Of a stretch of 64,000 nucleotides of DNA, positions 9,476 to 18,888 are shown in pieces. Under the pieces are notes generated by a model that did not search any database, was not told the DNA's origin, and saw nothing but the letters and a program-made list of their open reading frames with translations. Numbering within the stretch: the first letter of the stretch is position 1; each line of letters starts with the position of its first letter. A program made the position numbers and the translations under genes. The stretch spans positions 1 to 64,000 of the forward strand of contig JBIIPZ010000009.1 in NCBI GenBank assembly GCA_044342325.1, given 5' to 3'. The stretch comes from Terrimicrobiaceae bacterium (GTDB lineage: Bacteria; Verrucomicrobiota; Verrucomicrobiia; Chthoniobacterales; Terrimicrobiaceae).

Positions 9476-9507
9476 CTGAGTGCAGGGCGATGGCATAAAA
9501 ATGGAAT

Positions 9508-11571
9508 TTACAATTTCTCCGGAACAAATCGGCTCCACTCGCACTCGGCTTTGCCCCTTTCATGGTCGTAAAGGTAGCGCTGGAAATTCAGTGGCGTGAG
9601 GCCCGCAGTAGCCATGATTGGGCAGCCGCAAGGATATCCGGCGCTGTGGTAGAACTCGGCGGGTTGCAGCGTGTCGCCAATTGCCTCGAAGACGCCCTTA
9701 TTATAATGGCGGCAAAACTCCGCCGCGCGATCCCACTCACTGTAGCGAATCAACGCCTCGAAGGCCTTGAAGGCATCGATGGGCCAGGAGTAGGCGTCGC
9801 CCCAATGGCCGACGAGCGGGTTGAAGGACGGATCGTTGAGGGCCACCATCGGCACGGGAATTTTTGCAAGGAACTGCTCGGGATCGAAAAGCGCTTCGAT
9901 GAGTTTTTTTGTCCGCTCGGGCGGCACCAATCCCGCCCACATGAGCCAGTAAACGGTGTTTGTGCGCTTCATGACTTTTTTACCGGTGGCGCGAACGACG
10001 GGATAGTAAAAGCCCGTCGCCTCATCCCAGAGATTCTCATTCACCCAATCACGGATACGGCGGTATTCACCTTCAAAATAAGCGGCATCCTCCGCGTGGC
10101 CGAGTTCGCGGGCGAAGAACGCCAAATCCTCGGCCATGCGGGCCTGGCAGGCCACGATGTCGGGAAGGTAGGCGCGCTCGGGGCGTCCGGCGATTTCCGG
10201 CGTGCGGGTCAGCGGGTTGCAGGTGTTTTCAAAGACCTCTGGGTCGTTCGGATCGGTGCCATTGTCTTTGTATTCGCAAATCGCCGAGTAGAGGTCCTGC
10301 CCCGCGTTGCCGGTGGCGATGATGCCGTTGTCTGTCGGGTTGCGGTGCGTCATCCACCATGTATACCAGGCCTTGAATCCGGTATAGGCTCGCCCGAGAA
10401 AATGCCGGTCGCCGGTGAAGACATAGTAATCCCGCACACAGGGTGAAATATTAGGAATCTGCGAATAGTCGAAGGTCGTCCGCGAAAAAACAGCCTGCGG
10501 CACCATGCCCTCCGGCGTCTGGAAATCGAGTAGCGTCTTGATCGAATTGGCGATCGTCTCCGGCGCGATCCAAAGCATGTAACGGCAGGCGGGCAGGAAA
10601 TTGATCCAGACCGCATCTCCAAAATCCCACTCGGGGCCGTAGAATTCCAAAAGCGAGGCTTGATGGATTTGCCCACCGGCGCGCGTGTTTCGCAAGGCGC
10701 GGTTCACAAACGCGGCCACCATGTTTTTCTCGCTAGGCGTTTCTTTTCCGGTGGTGAAGGGCTCGATGGATTGCGCCTCCGCGAGACGCTTCCAAATGGC
10801 GTCAAAGCGGGCGAGCTTGGCGATGGCATCCTTGATGACCGCATCTCTCTCCCATTCCGTCGGGCAATCAAAGACCGCCAATCCTAACGCCTCGCCCTCG
10901 GCGCCACCCGCTTGCAACAGCACTCCATGCCACCCCCGCTGGTTGTGCAACCGCCATACGCGTCCTTCCTCGACAGTTCCCTCATCCGCAGCATCAAAAT
11001 CAAGATTCAAGCAAAGCCGCGCCTCGCCGCTACCGCCTAAGCGCACACGGAAGAGAAGCAGGAAATGCGAGTGCACGATCATTTCAAAGGAACGATGCAG
11101 ATCGCTTGAGTCGTCGATCAGGCGCAGCAGATTGCCTGCGCGAAAATCAATCACCCCCTCCTCGCCTCCTGAGTAGAGCGGAGAAGCGACGCCTTCCTTC
11201 TCCAACTCGAAGCGCAAGGCGGGTGCGAGGCCCTGACGCGTCGGGTCGTTGTAGGTCTTCCGACGAATACTCACGCCGGGATCCGTTGAATTCACAGGGC
11301 TGATTTCCCAATGCGGAAATTTCGGCTCGGGCATCGAAAAATCCGTCGGCCACAGACCTTGGAACCAATTTGTTTTTCCCAATGCGTCCACCCCTCCCTC
11401 TTGAGGTGTAGCGAATTTTTTGCTCCCAGGCTTGAGGCCCAGCACAAGGCTGTTCGACTGCTTTCCAGACACGCCGGGAACGACCTGCGGCCTGCCGGGG
11501 CCACCGCAGCACAACTCGCGGTAGCATTGGACGGATTCTTGAAGTTCGGGATCGGATGGTGACGCGTTCAT
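9508..11571 (-). CDS. (alpha/alpha)6 glycoside hydrolase, GH63/MGH1/trehalase-like; no signal peptide
   Basis: QTPEGMVP, YSQIPNI, FLGRAY..W..WW, LWDEATGFYY, LFDPEQF..PVPMVALNDPSF, WPID, PAEFY pattern of six-hairpin glycosidases. Confidence 0.7.
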   Translation of the reverse strand: MNASPSDPELQESVQCYRELCCGGPGRPQVVPGVSGKQSNSLVLGLKPGSKKFATPQEGGVDALGKTNWFQGLWPTDFSMPEPKFPHWEISPVNSTDPGVSIRRKTYNDPTRQGLAPALRFELEKEGVASPLYSGGEEGVIDFRAGNLLRLIDDSSDLHRSFEMIVHSHFLLLFRVRLGGSGEARLCLNLDFDAADEGTVEEGRVWRLHNQRGWHGVLLQAGGAEGEALGLAVFDCPTEWERDAVIKDAIAKLARFDAIWKRLAEAQSIEPFTTGKETPSEKNMVAAFVNRALRNTRAGGQIHQASLLEFYGPEWDFGDAVWINFLPACRYMLWIAPETIANSIKTLLDFQTPEGMVPQAVFSRTTFDYSQIPNISPCVRDYYVFTGDRHFLGRAYTGFKAWYTWWMTHRNPTDNGIIATGNAGQDLYSAICEYKDNGTDPNDPEVFENTCNPLTRTPEIAGRPERAYLPDIVACQARMAEDLAFFARELGHAEDAAYFEGEYRRIRDWVNENLWDEATGFYYPVVRATGKKVMKRTNTVYWLMWAGLVPPERTKKLIEALFDPEQFLAKIPVPMVALNDPSFNPLVGHWGDAYSWPIDAFKAFEALIRYSEWDRAAEFCRHYNKGVFEAIGDTLQPAEFYHSAGYPCGCPIMATAGLTPLNFQRYLYDHERGKAECEWSRFVPEKL

Positions 11572-11588
11572 GAGTGTGAAAAAGTCGC

Positions 11589-12347
11589 TTAGGGGGCTTG
11601 GGGTGCTGAAGCCGCTGGCAACGCGGCGCGGATGGAACGAACGACCTCGGCGGCGAGTTTCTCGGAGCCCGCTTTTTTGAAATGCACATCGCCGGGTTTC
11701 GTAAACAGCGAGGGATCGAATGCCGCGCTTGTCGCGTGGAGGTCATTGATCGGGATTCCGCGCTCAGCCATGACTTTTGCGGCAATCGCGTTGTATTTCA
11801 CATCGTCGCCCACGAACCGCCCCGCTTCGCCTTCAGGCACCATGGTCGTGCTGGCCCAGATCAAAGAGGCACCGGTTTTTTGGAGACGAGCCACGAGGGC
11901 GTTGAGATTTTTTTCGTAATCCTCCGGCGTGACCGAGAGCGTTCCATTGACCTTATCCCGGTTGCCTTGGTTTTTGGACTCGGGATTGCGGTAGCAAAGA
12001 TCCCAGAGACCCCAATTGAAATGGATGACCTCCCATTTCGTATCCCCCAGCCATTTATTGATCTCGCGCAGGCCTCGCGGCGTGTCGCCGCAGTTCGTGT
12101 TCGGGCGGGACACGCTTGCCTCGTCTTGGAGCGTCTCCTTCACAACCGGAAAATAACCGATGGAAATCGAGTCGCCGAGAATCAGAACCTTCGGCAACCC
12201 CTCATCCGAGGCGGTGGCGTTCGCCAACGCCGCCTTGTCGGCCTCGGGCGTGAAAAACTCTTTTTCAAGACTTCCGGAAGGCGACGGGGTCGCGAATGCA
12301 GCTAAAACGGAAATGAAAAAAACGGTGATATTTCTTATCAAGGTCAT
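11589..12347 (-). CDS. Secreted SGNH/GDSL hydrolase (esterase)
   Basis: Block I GDSIS, block III HFNWGLWD, block V DVH; N-terminal hydrophobic signal. Start at ATG 12347. Confidence 0.9.
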   Translation of the reverse strand: MTLIRNITVFFISVLAAFATPSPSGSLEKEFFTPEADKAALANATASDEGLPKVLILGDSISIGYFPVVKETLQDEASVSRPNTNCGDTPRGLREINKWLGDTKWEVIHFNWGLWDLCYRNPESKNQGNRDKVNGTLSVTPEDYEKNLNALVARLQKTGASLIWASTTMVPEGEAGRFVGDDVKYNAIAAKVMAERGIPINDLHATSAAFDPSLFTKPGDVHFKKAGSEKLAAEVVRSIRAALPAASAPQAP

Positions 12348-12527
12348 GTGGTTTTGATACAGCACCCACGATTAAATGCAATCAATTGCATTGCTCGGAA
12401 AAGAGGTTAGCTTCACGCTCGTATGAGTCATAACTTGCACCAACACAATGAACCGCAACATTTTTTGGCCGAACGGCCAATCCAACGAGGATCTATATCA
12501 CTTTTCCAGAGTTTTCGAAAATTACTT

Positions 12528-14036
12528 TCAACGGCTTTTGGCGATTTTCTCCAAGCGCTCCTCCATCATGGCTTTCAAGTCAGGATACGATTCCAACAGG
12601 TTGCGACTTTCGGTCGGGTCTTCACGAAGATTGAAAAGCGATTCGCTGAGTTTGACTGCGCCGTTGCCTTTTCTCATTCGGGTGTCTTGAGCTTTGGCGA
12701 AGTATTTCCAATCTCCTTGGCGAAGGGCCAGATTCCCCAGCGCATCGCATAGCACGATCTCGTGCGATTCGTCCTTGGAAAGCCCCAGAAGAACTCGGGA
12801 TTTGTCTGTGCTGTCAGGCGCCGCCCCGGAGGGGAGCGGAGTTGAGAGAATCGAAGAAAAGCTCGAGAACAAGTCCACTTGCGAGACGACCGCATCGGAC
12901 TTCCCGGGTTGAATCCGCTTCGGCCAGGAAACGATCATCGGCACGCGGGTTCCGCCTTCCATGAGGGAGTATTTGCCGCCGCGCAAGCCACCAGACGCCG
13001 GATGCTTGTCGACAAACTTCAGATCATCGTCTTCGTAACCGTCAGAAAAAATCGGGCCGTTGTCGCTGCTGAGGATAAAAATGGTGTCCTCCATCATCCC
13101 CCGCTCCTCGATGAACTTCATCAACTCGCCCACATTCGCATCGAATTGAACGATGGAGTCTCCTCGCAGCCCGGCTTGGCTTTTACCCCGGAAGCGAGCA
13201 TGCGGCACATGGGGATCGTGCGGGTCGTGCGTGGAAAAAAAGAGGAAGAAGGGTTGCTTGCCGGCATCCGTGATGAAGGTTTTGGCACGCTCCACCAGCA
13301 CATCGCCGATGTCTGCATCGTCCCAGAGCGCCTTCTCACCGCCAGCCATGTAGCCGATGCGGCCGAGGCCTTTGATGACGGTGTCGGAATGCTGCCGATC
13401 GGAGTCCTGAAGCGTTTTTGACTCCGGTTGCTGATGCCCGATCGGATACCTCGATCCCGGAATGGGGTCGGTGTAGCTGACTTGAATGGGGTCACTCGCA
13501 TCCAGCCCCCTCACCTTCCCGTTTTCGAGATAGACGCAAGGCACGCGATCCACGGTGGCGGGAATGATAAAGCTCTCATCAAAACCGATCTCATTGGGCC
13601 CGGGGGCGATTTTGCCATTCCAATCGATTCCCTTTTGCGGTTCTCCAAGTCCCAGATGCCACTTCCCGACAATGCCGGTGCGGTATCCCGCATTTTTAAA
13701 CAGATTGGCCAATGTCGGCGTGGATACCGGAATCGTCAGCGGAGCATCGCCGGGCAAAATCCCTAATTTCCTGCGCCAGGCATATTCCCCCGTCAGCAAC
13801 GAGTAGCGAGAGGGCGTGCAAGTGGAGTGTGTCGCGTAGCCTTGGGTGAAGAGCAGACCGCGTTCCGCCAAACGATCGATGTTCGGTGTCTGGACGAGCT
13901 TCGAGCCGTAACAAGAGAAGTCACCATATCCCAAGTCGTCCGCATAGATGAGGACGACATTCGGGTGCAAGGAATTTGCGGCCTGCACGCCGAGGGCGGA
14001 GACCATGGCCAGGAGCGCAGCGAGGCATGTTTTCAT
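12528..14036 (-). CDS. S1 (formylglycine-dependent) sulfatase, Cys-type, secreted
   Basis: PNVVLIYADDLGYGD, CTPSR, GKWHLG, SSDNG, GGKYSLMEGGTRVP; signal peptide. Confidence 0.95.
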   Translation of the reverse strand: MKTCLAALLAMVSALGVQAANSLHPNVVLIYADDLGYGDFSCYGSKLVQTPNIDRLAERGLLFTQGYATHSTCTPSRYSLLTGEYAWRRKLGILPGDAPLTIPVSTPTLANLFKNAGYRTGIVGKWHLGLGEPQKGIDWNGKIAPGPNEIGFDESFIIPATVDRVPCVYLENGKVRGLDASDPIQVSYTDPIPGSRYPIGHQQPESKTLQDSDRQHSDTVIKGLGRIGYMAGGEKALWDDADIGDVLVERAKTFITDAGKQPFFLFFSTHDPHDPHVPHARFRGKSQAGLRGDSIVQFDANVGELMKFIEERGMMEDTIFILSSDNGPIFSDGYEDDDLKFVDKHPASGGLRGGKYSLMEGGTRVPMIVSWPKRIQPGKSDAVVSQVDLFSSFSSILSTPLPSGAAPDSTDKSRVLLGLSKDESHEIVLCDALGNLALRQGDWKYFAKAQDTRMRKGNGAVKLSESLFNLREDPTESRNLLESYPDLKAMMEERLEKIAKSR

Positions 14037-14054
14037 GGGGCATGGTGTCCAGCG

Positions 14055-15425
14055 TCAATCCAGTGTCGGCAGGGTCGCGCCCACATCGCGGCACCAATCG
14101 AGAAGCTTTGCCGTAAGGGCTGAAACCTTCTCAGGCTGGGAAGTCGACAAGTCGGTGGTTTCAGAGGGATCCGCTTTGAGATCGAAAAGCTGCACCCCGG
14201 CTTTGATCTTCGGCTGCTTGCTCATCGCAACCACCTTCAGGTCGCCCTCGCGGATCGCCCACTGGCGGTTCTCGTAGGCCCAGCAGATGGATTCATGTGG
14301 CATGCCGGTGTCCTTGCCATCGAGGAACGGCATGAGATTCACACCATCGATCGGCCATTTTTCCTGAGGCTTCTCCCCGGCAAGGGCAATCGCTGTGGCC
14401 GCGAGATCCATCTGGGTTACCGGTTTGGTGAAAATCTCGCCGGCCTGCAGATGCGCTGGCCATGAGGCGAACATTGGCACCCGCACCCCGCCCTCCCACA
14501 CCTCACCCTTGCTCCCGCGATATGGGGTGTTGTCGGAGCCATTCGGCGAGTTGCGCGTGATCGCGCCTCCGTTGTCGCTGAAGAAACACACCAGCGTATC
14601 CTTCTCGAATCCCGCGTCACGGATGGCGGCAAGCACCTCGCCGATGGCATCATCCATCGAGGACATCATCGCGGCGTAGAGGCGGCGTTGTTTGTCTTCG
14701 ATGTGCGCGAATTTTTCCTCCACCTCCTTTGGCACCATCATCGGCGTGTGCGGAGCGGTGAAGGAAAGGAACAAAAAGAACGGCTTGCCGCTGTCCTTGC
14801 GGGAGGCCACGAACTTCGCCGCCTCCTTGCCGAAGGCGGTCGTGAGGTAGCCATCCACATCGGCCGGCTCTCGGCCATTCCAAAGCTTTGCGTAACCATC
14901 CATCTCCTGGCCTGCCTTTTCACTCTTGGTCTGGTAATAAAGCCGCCCGCCGCCGAGCAGACCATAAAACTCATCGAAGCCGCGGTTCATCGGATGGAAC
15001 TGCTCTTTCTGGCCGAGGTGCCATTTACCGACCAGCGCTGTTCGATAACCCGCCTTGCGGAGATAATCGGCAATTGTCGGCACACCTTCAGCCAACCCGG
15101 TTTCGCTGTCTTTTTTCACCCAGTCTGGCACGCCATCGCGGTGCTGGTAGCGGGCGGTCATAAGAGCGGCGCGAGTGGGACTGCACACCGGTCCGGTCAC
15201 ATAACCGTCGGTGAACCGAATCCCAGCCTTGGCGATCGAGTCGATATGCGGCGTGGGAATGTCTTTGGATCCATGGACGCCGCAGTCCGCATAACCCATA
15301 TCGTCGGCGACTATAAATACGATGTTGGGTTTGGGGGCGGCAGTCCCAGCAATGCAGGGAATGCAAAAAATCATGGCGAATGTGGCTAGGAGGGCTAAAG
15401 CGCGGGAGGTAATTCTGTTTTTCAT
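14055..15425 (-). CDS. S1 sulfatase, Cys-type, secreted
   Basis: PNIVFIVADDMGYAD, CSPTRAALMTARY, GKWHLG, APHTP, FSDNGG, KGEVWEGGVRVP. Confidence 0.95.
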   Translation of the reverse strand: MKNRITSRALALLATFAMIFCIPCIAGTAAPKPNIVFIVADDMGYADCGVHGSKDIPTPHIDSIAKAGIRFTDGYVTGPVCSPTRAALMTARYQHRDGVPDWVKKDSETGLAEGVPTIADYLRKAGYRTALVGKWHLGQKEQFHPMNRGFDEFYGLLGGGRLYYQTKSEKAGQEMDGYAKLWNGREPADVDGYLTTAFGKEAAKFVASRKDSGKPFFLFLSFTAPHTPMMVPKEVEEKFAHIEDKQRRLYAAMMSSMDDAIGEVLAAIRDAGFEKDTLVCFFSDNGGAITRNSPNGSDNTPYRGSKGEVWEGGVRVPMFASWPAHLQAGEIFTKPVTQMDLAATAIALAGEKPQEKWPIDGVNLMPFLDGKDTGMPHESICWAYENRQWAIREGDLKVVAMSKQPKIKAGVQLFDLKADPSETTDLSTSQPEKVSALTAKLLDWCRDVGATLPTLD

Positions 15426-15469
15426 CGATTCAAAAGGTTAGAATATGGCCTGACAGGAATTTTAGGAAA

Positions 15470-15485
15470 TTGCAAAAGTTTGTAT
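15470..15485. promoter_or_regulatory. Candidate LacI-family operator (site 1)
   Basis: TTGCAAAAGTTTGTAT, about 45 nt upstream of the sulfatase start; resembles sites at 52490 and 57492. Confidence 0.5.
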
Positions 15486-15517
15486 TTTTACTTGAAGGCT
15501 CATTTTCTCGCTTGTCA

Positions 15518-17788
15518 CTAAGCAGATTCGCGGAACATGGAGAAAAGGCGATCACGCTCCGTTGAGCTATCAATTGCAACGACGAATCTACTGCCACCGC
15601 GCCGGAACGATTGCCCCGATCGAATATCCCGCAGATCGGCTGCGTGATTCGACGCCCATTCGAGAAAAAGGCTACGGTCCGTCTTCCCAGAGTGGTCGAA
15701 TCCCTCCTCGGTATCGCCAACAAGCACGCGGATGGAACCATCCACGAGACGCCAGGCGCCGACTGTAAGAGGAAAGTGCAGTTCCTCGGAACCGGGAACC
15801 ATACAACGCTTGGACCGAAGCAATCCCCGCAGCGCACGCGCAACAAGGGCATAAGAATAAGGGCTACCGACAATCTCTGAGATCGGCGGAACTGGTTGCT
15901 GATGGCACCCGACATTCTCGTTGTATTCGCCCGGGTCCCAGACCAACACATTCCCGCGTAAGGTTAGCGCAGGACTTCCTTCCACCGAGTAAAGAACCTC
16001 GGCGCCGCCTACTGCAAAATTCCTCGAGTGCAGGTGGAATATTTTGAATTCCTCGGGCATCCCCTCGCCAAATTCGGGATCCGCTGTTTCCAGCCGCGCC
16101 ACTTTATGGAGAGCGCCAACGGCTCCATCATCCGAAACCAGGCCGGCCTCGGCGGCGATGTCCGGATCGATCCCTCCCGCCGGACTTCCTAAGATGGCGA
16201 GCGGCTCGCCGCTGTGGATCAAATCCAAGACGACCTGCTTTTCGGAGGGAAGCAGGTGGACGGGTGTTTGAAAAATAAACAAGTCGCTGGTGACGCGCGG
16301 GAGATATTCGATCCGAGTCGCCGAAAGGATCGGCACCGAGCTTTTGATGACGATCGCGGCTTGTTCATCGATCCACTCCTTGATCGAAATATCGGGCGCG
16401 TTTGCGCACTGCCACTCGATCGCCCGGCGGTTGTAGACGAGCGTCGGACCGAAAACCTCGGTCGTCTGAAGCGCATCGCGCGCGGCTTCGTTGATATTCT
16501 CCGCGACAAACGCCACATCCTCGGCGGGCAGGAGTTTTTTTCCGACATTGAGCCACGAAATGTAGTAGCCGGAAGGAAACTTGAGGCCCTCTGGTGTTTT
16601 CACTGCGGCATGCGAGTAAGCCCAGATGCCCCAACGGAGACGATCGGGAGCAACATGAATGACATCGCCAGGCTCCCAGGCGTCGTAGGCTTCCACCAGC
16701 GTGTAGTGCCGCACACGCGATTCCGCGAGGATCGCTCCGTGGAGAAGCGTGAAGGCCAGCTGCGCCGTCCACCCACGCGTCGGATAGTTCCAGAAGGTTT
16801 CCTTGCGCTGGCCGGTTTCATTCCATGCCCCGCTCCAGGTCTGCTCGATGAAGGCATCGAGAAACCCCTCCTTGGCGATGGACTCCAGATCGAAGCCCCC
16901 CACCCGCCAGTCAGCCACACCCGTGCTGGAATTCGAGTAGCCCATGAGCCAGACGGAGGGATTCGCACCCTTGACCGCCTGGATGAAATCGCCCCACGCA
17001 CGGCCATGAGCTCTCAGCTTTGAGGGATTCTTCGGGCCGTTGTTGCCGTAGGGACCGAACCTTCCATAGGCACCCATGCCCAGCATGCTGTCGCGAAGGA
17101 CCAAGGCATCAAAACCCACTGCTCGCGAGAGATGCCCCCACTGAGCCGCGAAAAAATCAATCGCACGCGTTCCTTCGCGGACACCCTCCGCAAAAGCGGC
17201 TACCGGCGCAGAATTCGCAATCAACCGTGACTCCGGGTTGAAACAATGCCGTCCATTGCAGGTCAGCCAGAACGCCTCGGGATGACGGCGAGCGAAAGCG
17301 CCATCCTCGCCTTCGTAGATCGAAGCCCATCCCACAACAAAAGTTCCCACGCGCATTCCCCCCACCCCTCGCCGCGCCGCTTCCTCCTTCAGCGAACGAA
17401 CGAGATCTGCGACATCGGCATAGGTCCACGCCGGATACTCCAGTGGAATGAACTCCACCTGCTCAAAGCGCCGTCGCCAATTTTCCATCCGCTCGGCCGT
17501 CGTTCCCGTATTTGGCAAATCTAGCGTGTAGTGCTGGGTGGTCATTTTTTGGGTAAAAGAAATCCGGGAGGCCGGATCGCCGTTCCACTCGGTCACAAAA
17601 TCCACCAACCACCCAATATTGAGAATCACCCCGCGCTCGCCGCTCACACCCTCGAAGAGGGGCAGGCATCGATCCCAAAATTCCGCCACGCGTGTTGCGA
17701 TGTTTTCACGATCAAACCAATAGAGGTCGATTTCGACCCAACGATCCATGGGAATGTCGCCGGTTACTTGGCTTGAGGGTTTGCTCAT
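15518..17788 (-). CDS. Hypothetical 756-aa protein, probable glycoside-hydrolase-like TIM barrel; no signal peptide
   Basis: Long ORF; Trp/acidic-rich strands (FARRHPE, GFDALVLRD, FLDAFIEQTW, LVEAYDAWE); C-terminal region reminiscent of GH42 trimerisation-like domains. Start set at ATG 17788. Confidence 0.55.
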   Translation of the reverse strand: MSKPSSQVTGDIPMDRWVEIDLYWFDRENIATRVAEFWDRCLPLFEGVSGERGVILNIGWLVDFVTEWNGDPASRISFTQKMTTQHYTLDLPNTGTTAERMENWRRRFEQVEFIPLEYPAWTYADVADLVRSLKEEAARRGVGGMRVGTFVVGWASIYEGEDGAFARRHPEAFWLTCNGRHCFNPESRLIANSAPVAAFAEGVREGTRAIDFFAAQWGHLSRAVGFDALVLRDSMLGMGAYGRFGPYGNNGPKNPSKLRAHGRAWGDFIQAVKGANPSVWLMGYSNSSTGVADWRVGGFDLESIAKEGFLDAFIEQTWSGAWNETGQRKETFWNYPTRGWTAQLAFTLLHGAILAESRVRHYTLVEAYDAWEPGDVIHVAPDRLRWGIWAYSHAAVKTPEGLKFPSGYYISWLNVGKKLLPAEDVAFVAENINEAARDALQTTEVFGPTLVYNRRAIEWQCANAPDISIKEWIDEQAAIVIKSSVPILSATRIEYLPRVTSDLFIFQTPVHLLPSEKQVVLDLIHSGEPLAILGSPAGGIDPDIAAEAGLVSDDGAVGALHKVARLETADPEFGEGMPEEFKIFHLHSRNFAVGGAEVLYSVEGSPALTLRGNVLVWDPGEYNENVGCHQQPVPPISEIVGSPYSYALVARALRGLLRSKRCMVPGSEELHFPLTVGAWRLVDGSIRVLVGDTEEGFDHSGKTDRSLFLEWASNHAADLRDIRSGQSFRRGGSRFVVAIDSSTERDRLFSMFRESA

Positions 17789-17798
17789 GGAATAAATC

Positions 17799-17813
17799 AT
17801 GCAAACGATTTTA
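17799..17813. promoter_or_regulatory. 15-bp motif ATGCAAACGATTTTA, copy 1 (LacI/GalR-operator-like)
   Basis: Identical to 18789-18803; immediately upstream of the 17788 start. Confidence 0.55.
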
Positions 17814-17849
17814 TAAAATGATCAAGGGCCGATCCAACTTTGGGGCTGA

Positions 17850-18686
17850 TCAGCCAGTTTTTTGTGCTGACTTGGCAGATCTACGAATGCAGCGCAGCTC
17901 GGATGGGGATTGGCCGGTGCGGGATTTGAAGACACGGCTAAAGCGGGCGGGGTCATGGAACCCGCAGGAAAAGCCGATCTCGGCGGCGGAGAGATTCCGG
18001 GTTCGCAACAAGTGAGCGGCCTCGCCAAGTCGGCAATCCTCGATGAAGCGCCGGGGCGTGATGCCGGTTTGTTCATGGAACAATCGAATGAAGTGAGAAC
18101 GGGAAAGTCCGGCGTGACGCGCCACCTCGTCGATGCCAATCGGTTCCGCAAAGCGTCGACTGATGAAGTGCATGGCCTTCAGAATCCCCTCGTGCATCCC
18201 CGCATGGCGACTGGCGGGATTGGCCGTGTGGCACCAGAGCAAAACCTGCTCCATAAGATTTTTTGTCATTTCCGCACGAAATTCCCAGGCGCTTCGCTGG
18301 ACCTCGAGCGCCTGTTCCAAGGCGGCTTCGATCTTCTGGCGTAGAGGGTTTTCAAAAGCGAGCGACATGGCTCCCGGGTAAATTTCAGGCCACAACAGGA
18401 GACGCTGCCAATCGGGTGGCGGCGTAAAAATGCAATAGAACCGCGTCCAATTCCGGCAATCGGCGGCCTGACCAAGATTGCGCGGTGTGCCGGGCTTGAT
18501 GAGCACAGCCGCGCCTTCGCCAACCAGGGTGGCCGACCCGTCAGGGGAGATGATCCGCTCGCGGCCGTGAATCGTGAATTCAAAACTCCACTCGGCAGCC
18601 CCCCTTGGCGAGATGTCCCAGCGTCGGCGATGCGAACTGCTCGAGGTGGTCGAATCCTTGGAAATGTAAATCGGTTGATTCTCCAT
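17850..18686 (-). CDS. AraC-family transcriptional regulator
   Basis: N-terminal cupin-like domain; C-terminal double HTH (VARHAGLSRSHFIRLF; IGFSCGFHDPARFSRVFK..TGQSP). Confidence 0.95.
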   Translation of the reverse strand: MENQPIYISKDSTTSSSSHRRRWDISPRGAAEWSFEFTIHGRERIISPDGSATLVGEGAAVLIKPGTPRNLGQAADCRNWTRFYCIFTPPPDWQRLLLWPEIYPGAMSLAFENPLRQKIEAALEQALEVQRSAWEFRAEMTKNLMEQVLLWCHTANPASRHAGMHEGILKAMHFISRRFAEPIGIDEVARHAGLSRSHFIRLFHEQTGITPRRFIEDCRLGEAAHLLRTRNLSAAEIGFSCGFHDPARFSRVFKSRTGQSPSELRCIRRSAKSAQKTG

Positions 18687-18788
18687 GTAGGGCGAAATGA
18701 TTTTCCGGAAGCCACCCGCTGCCGGATAGCAATAAACGACAAGAAAAAAGCACGATCGTCAATTGCACGAAAGCAAACCGGAATTATG

Positions 18789-18803
18789 ATGCAAACGATT
18801 TTA
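18789..18803. promoter_or_regulatory. 15-bp motif ATGCAAACGATTTTA, copy 2
   Basis: In the divergent araC / large-protein intergenic region; identical to 17799-17813. Confidence 0.55.
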
Positions 18804-18888
18804 CATAGAGACTCCCTTGCTTTTCTCCAACCCAACCCTCCCTCTACAAGATTTTCACCGACTCACCGCCCCCCTCGGGCTCATTCAA

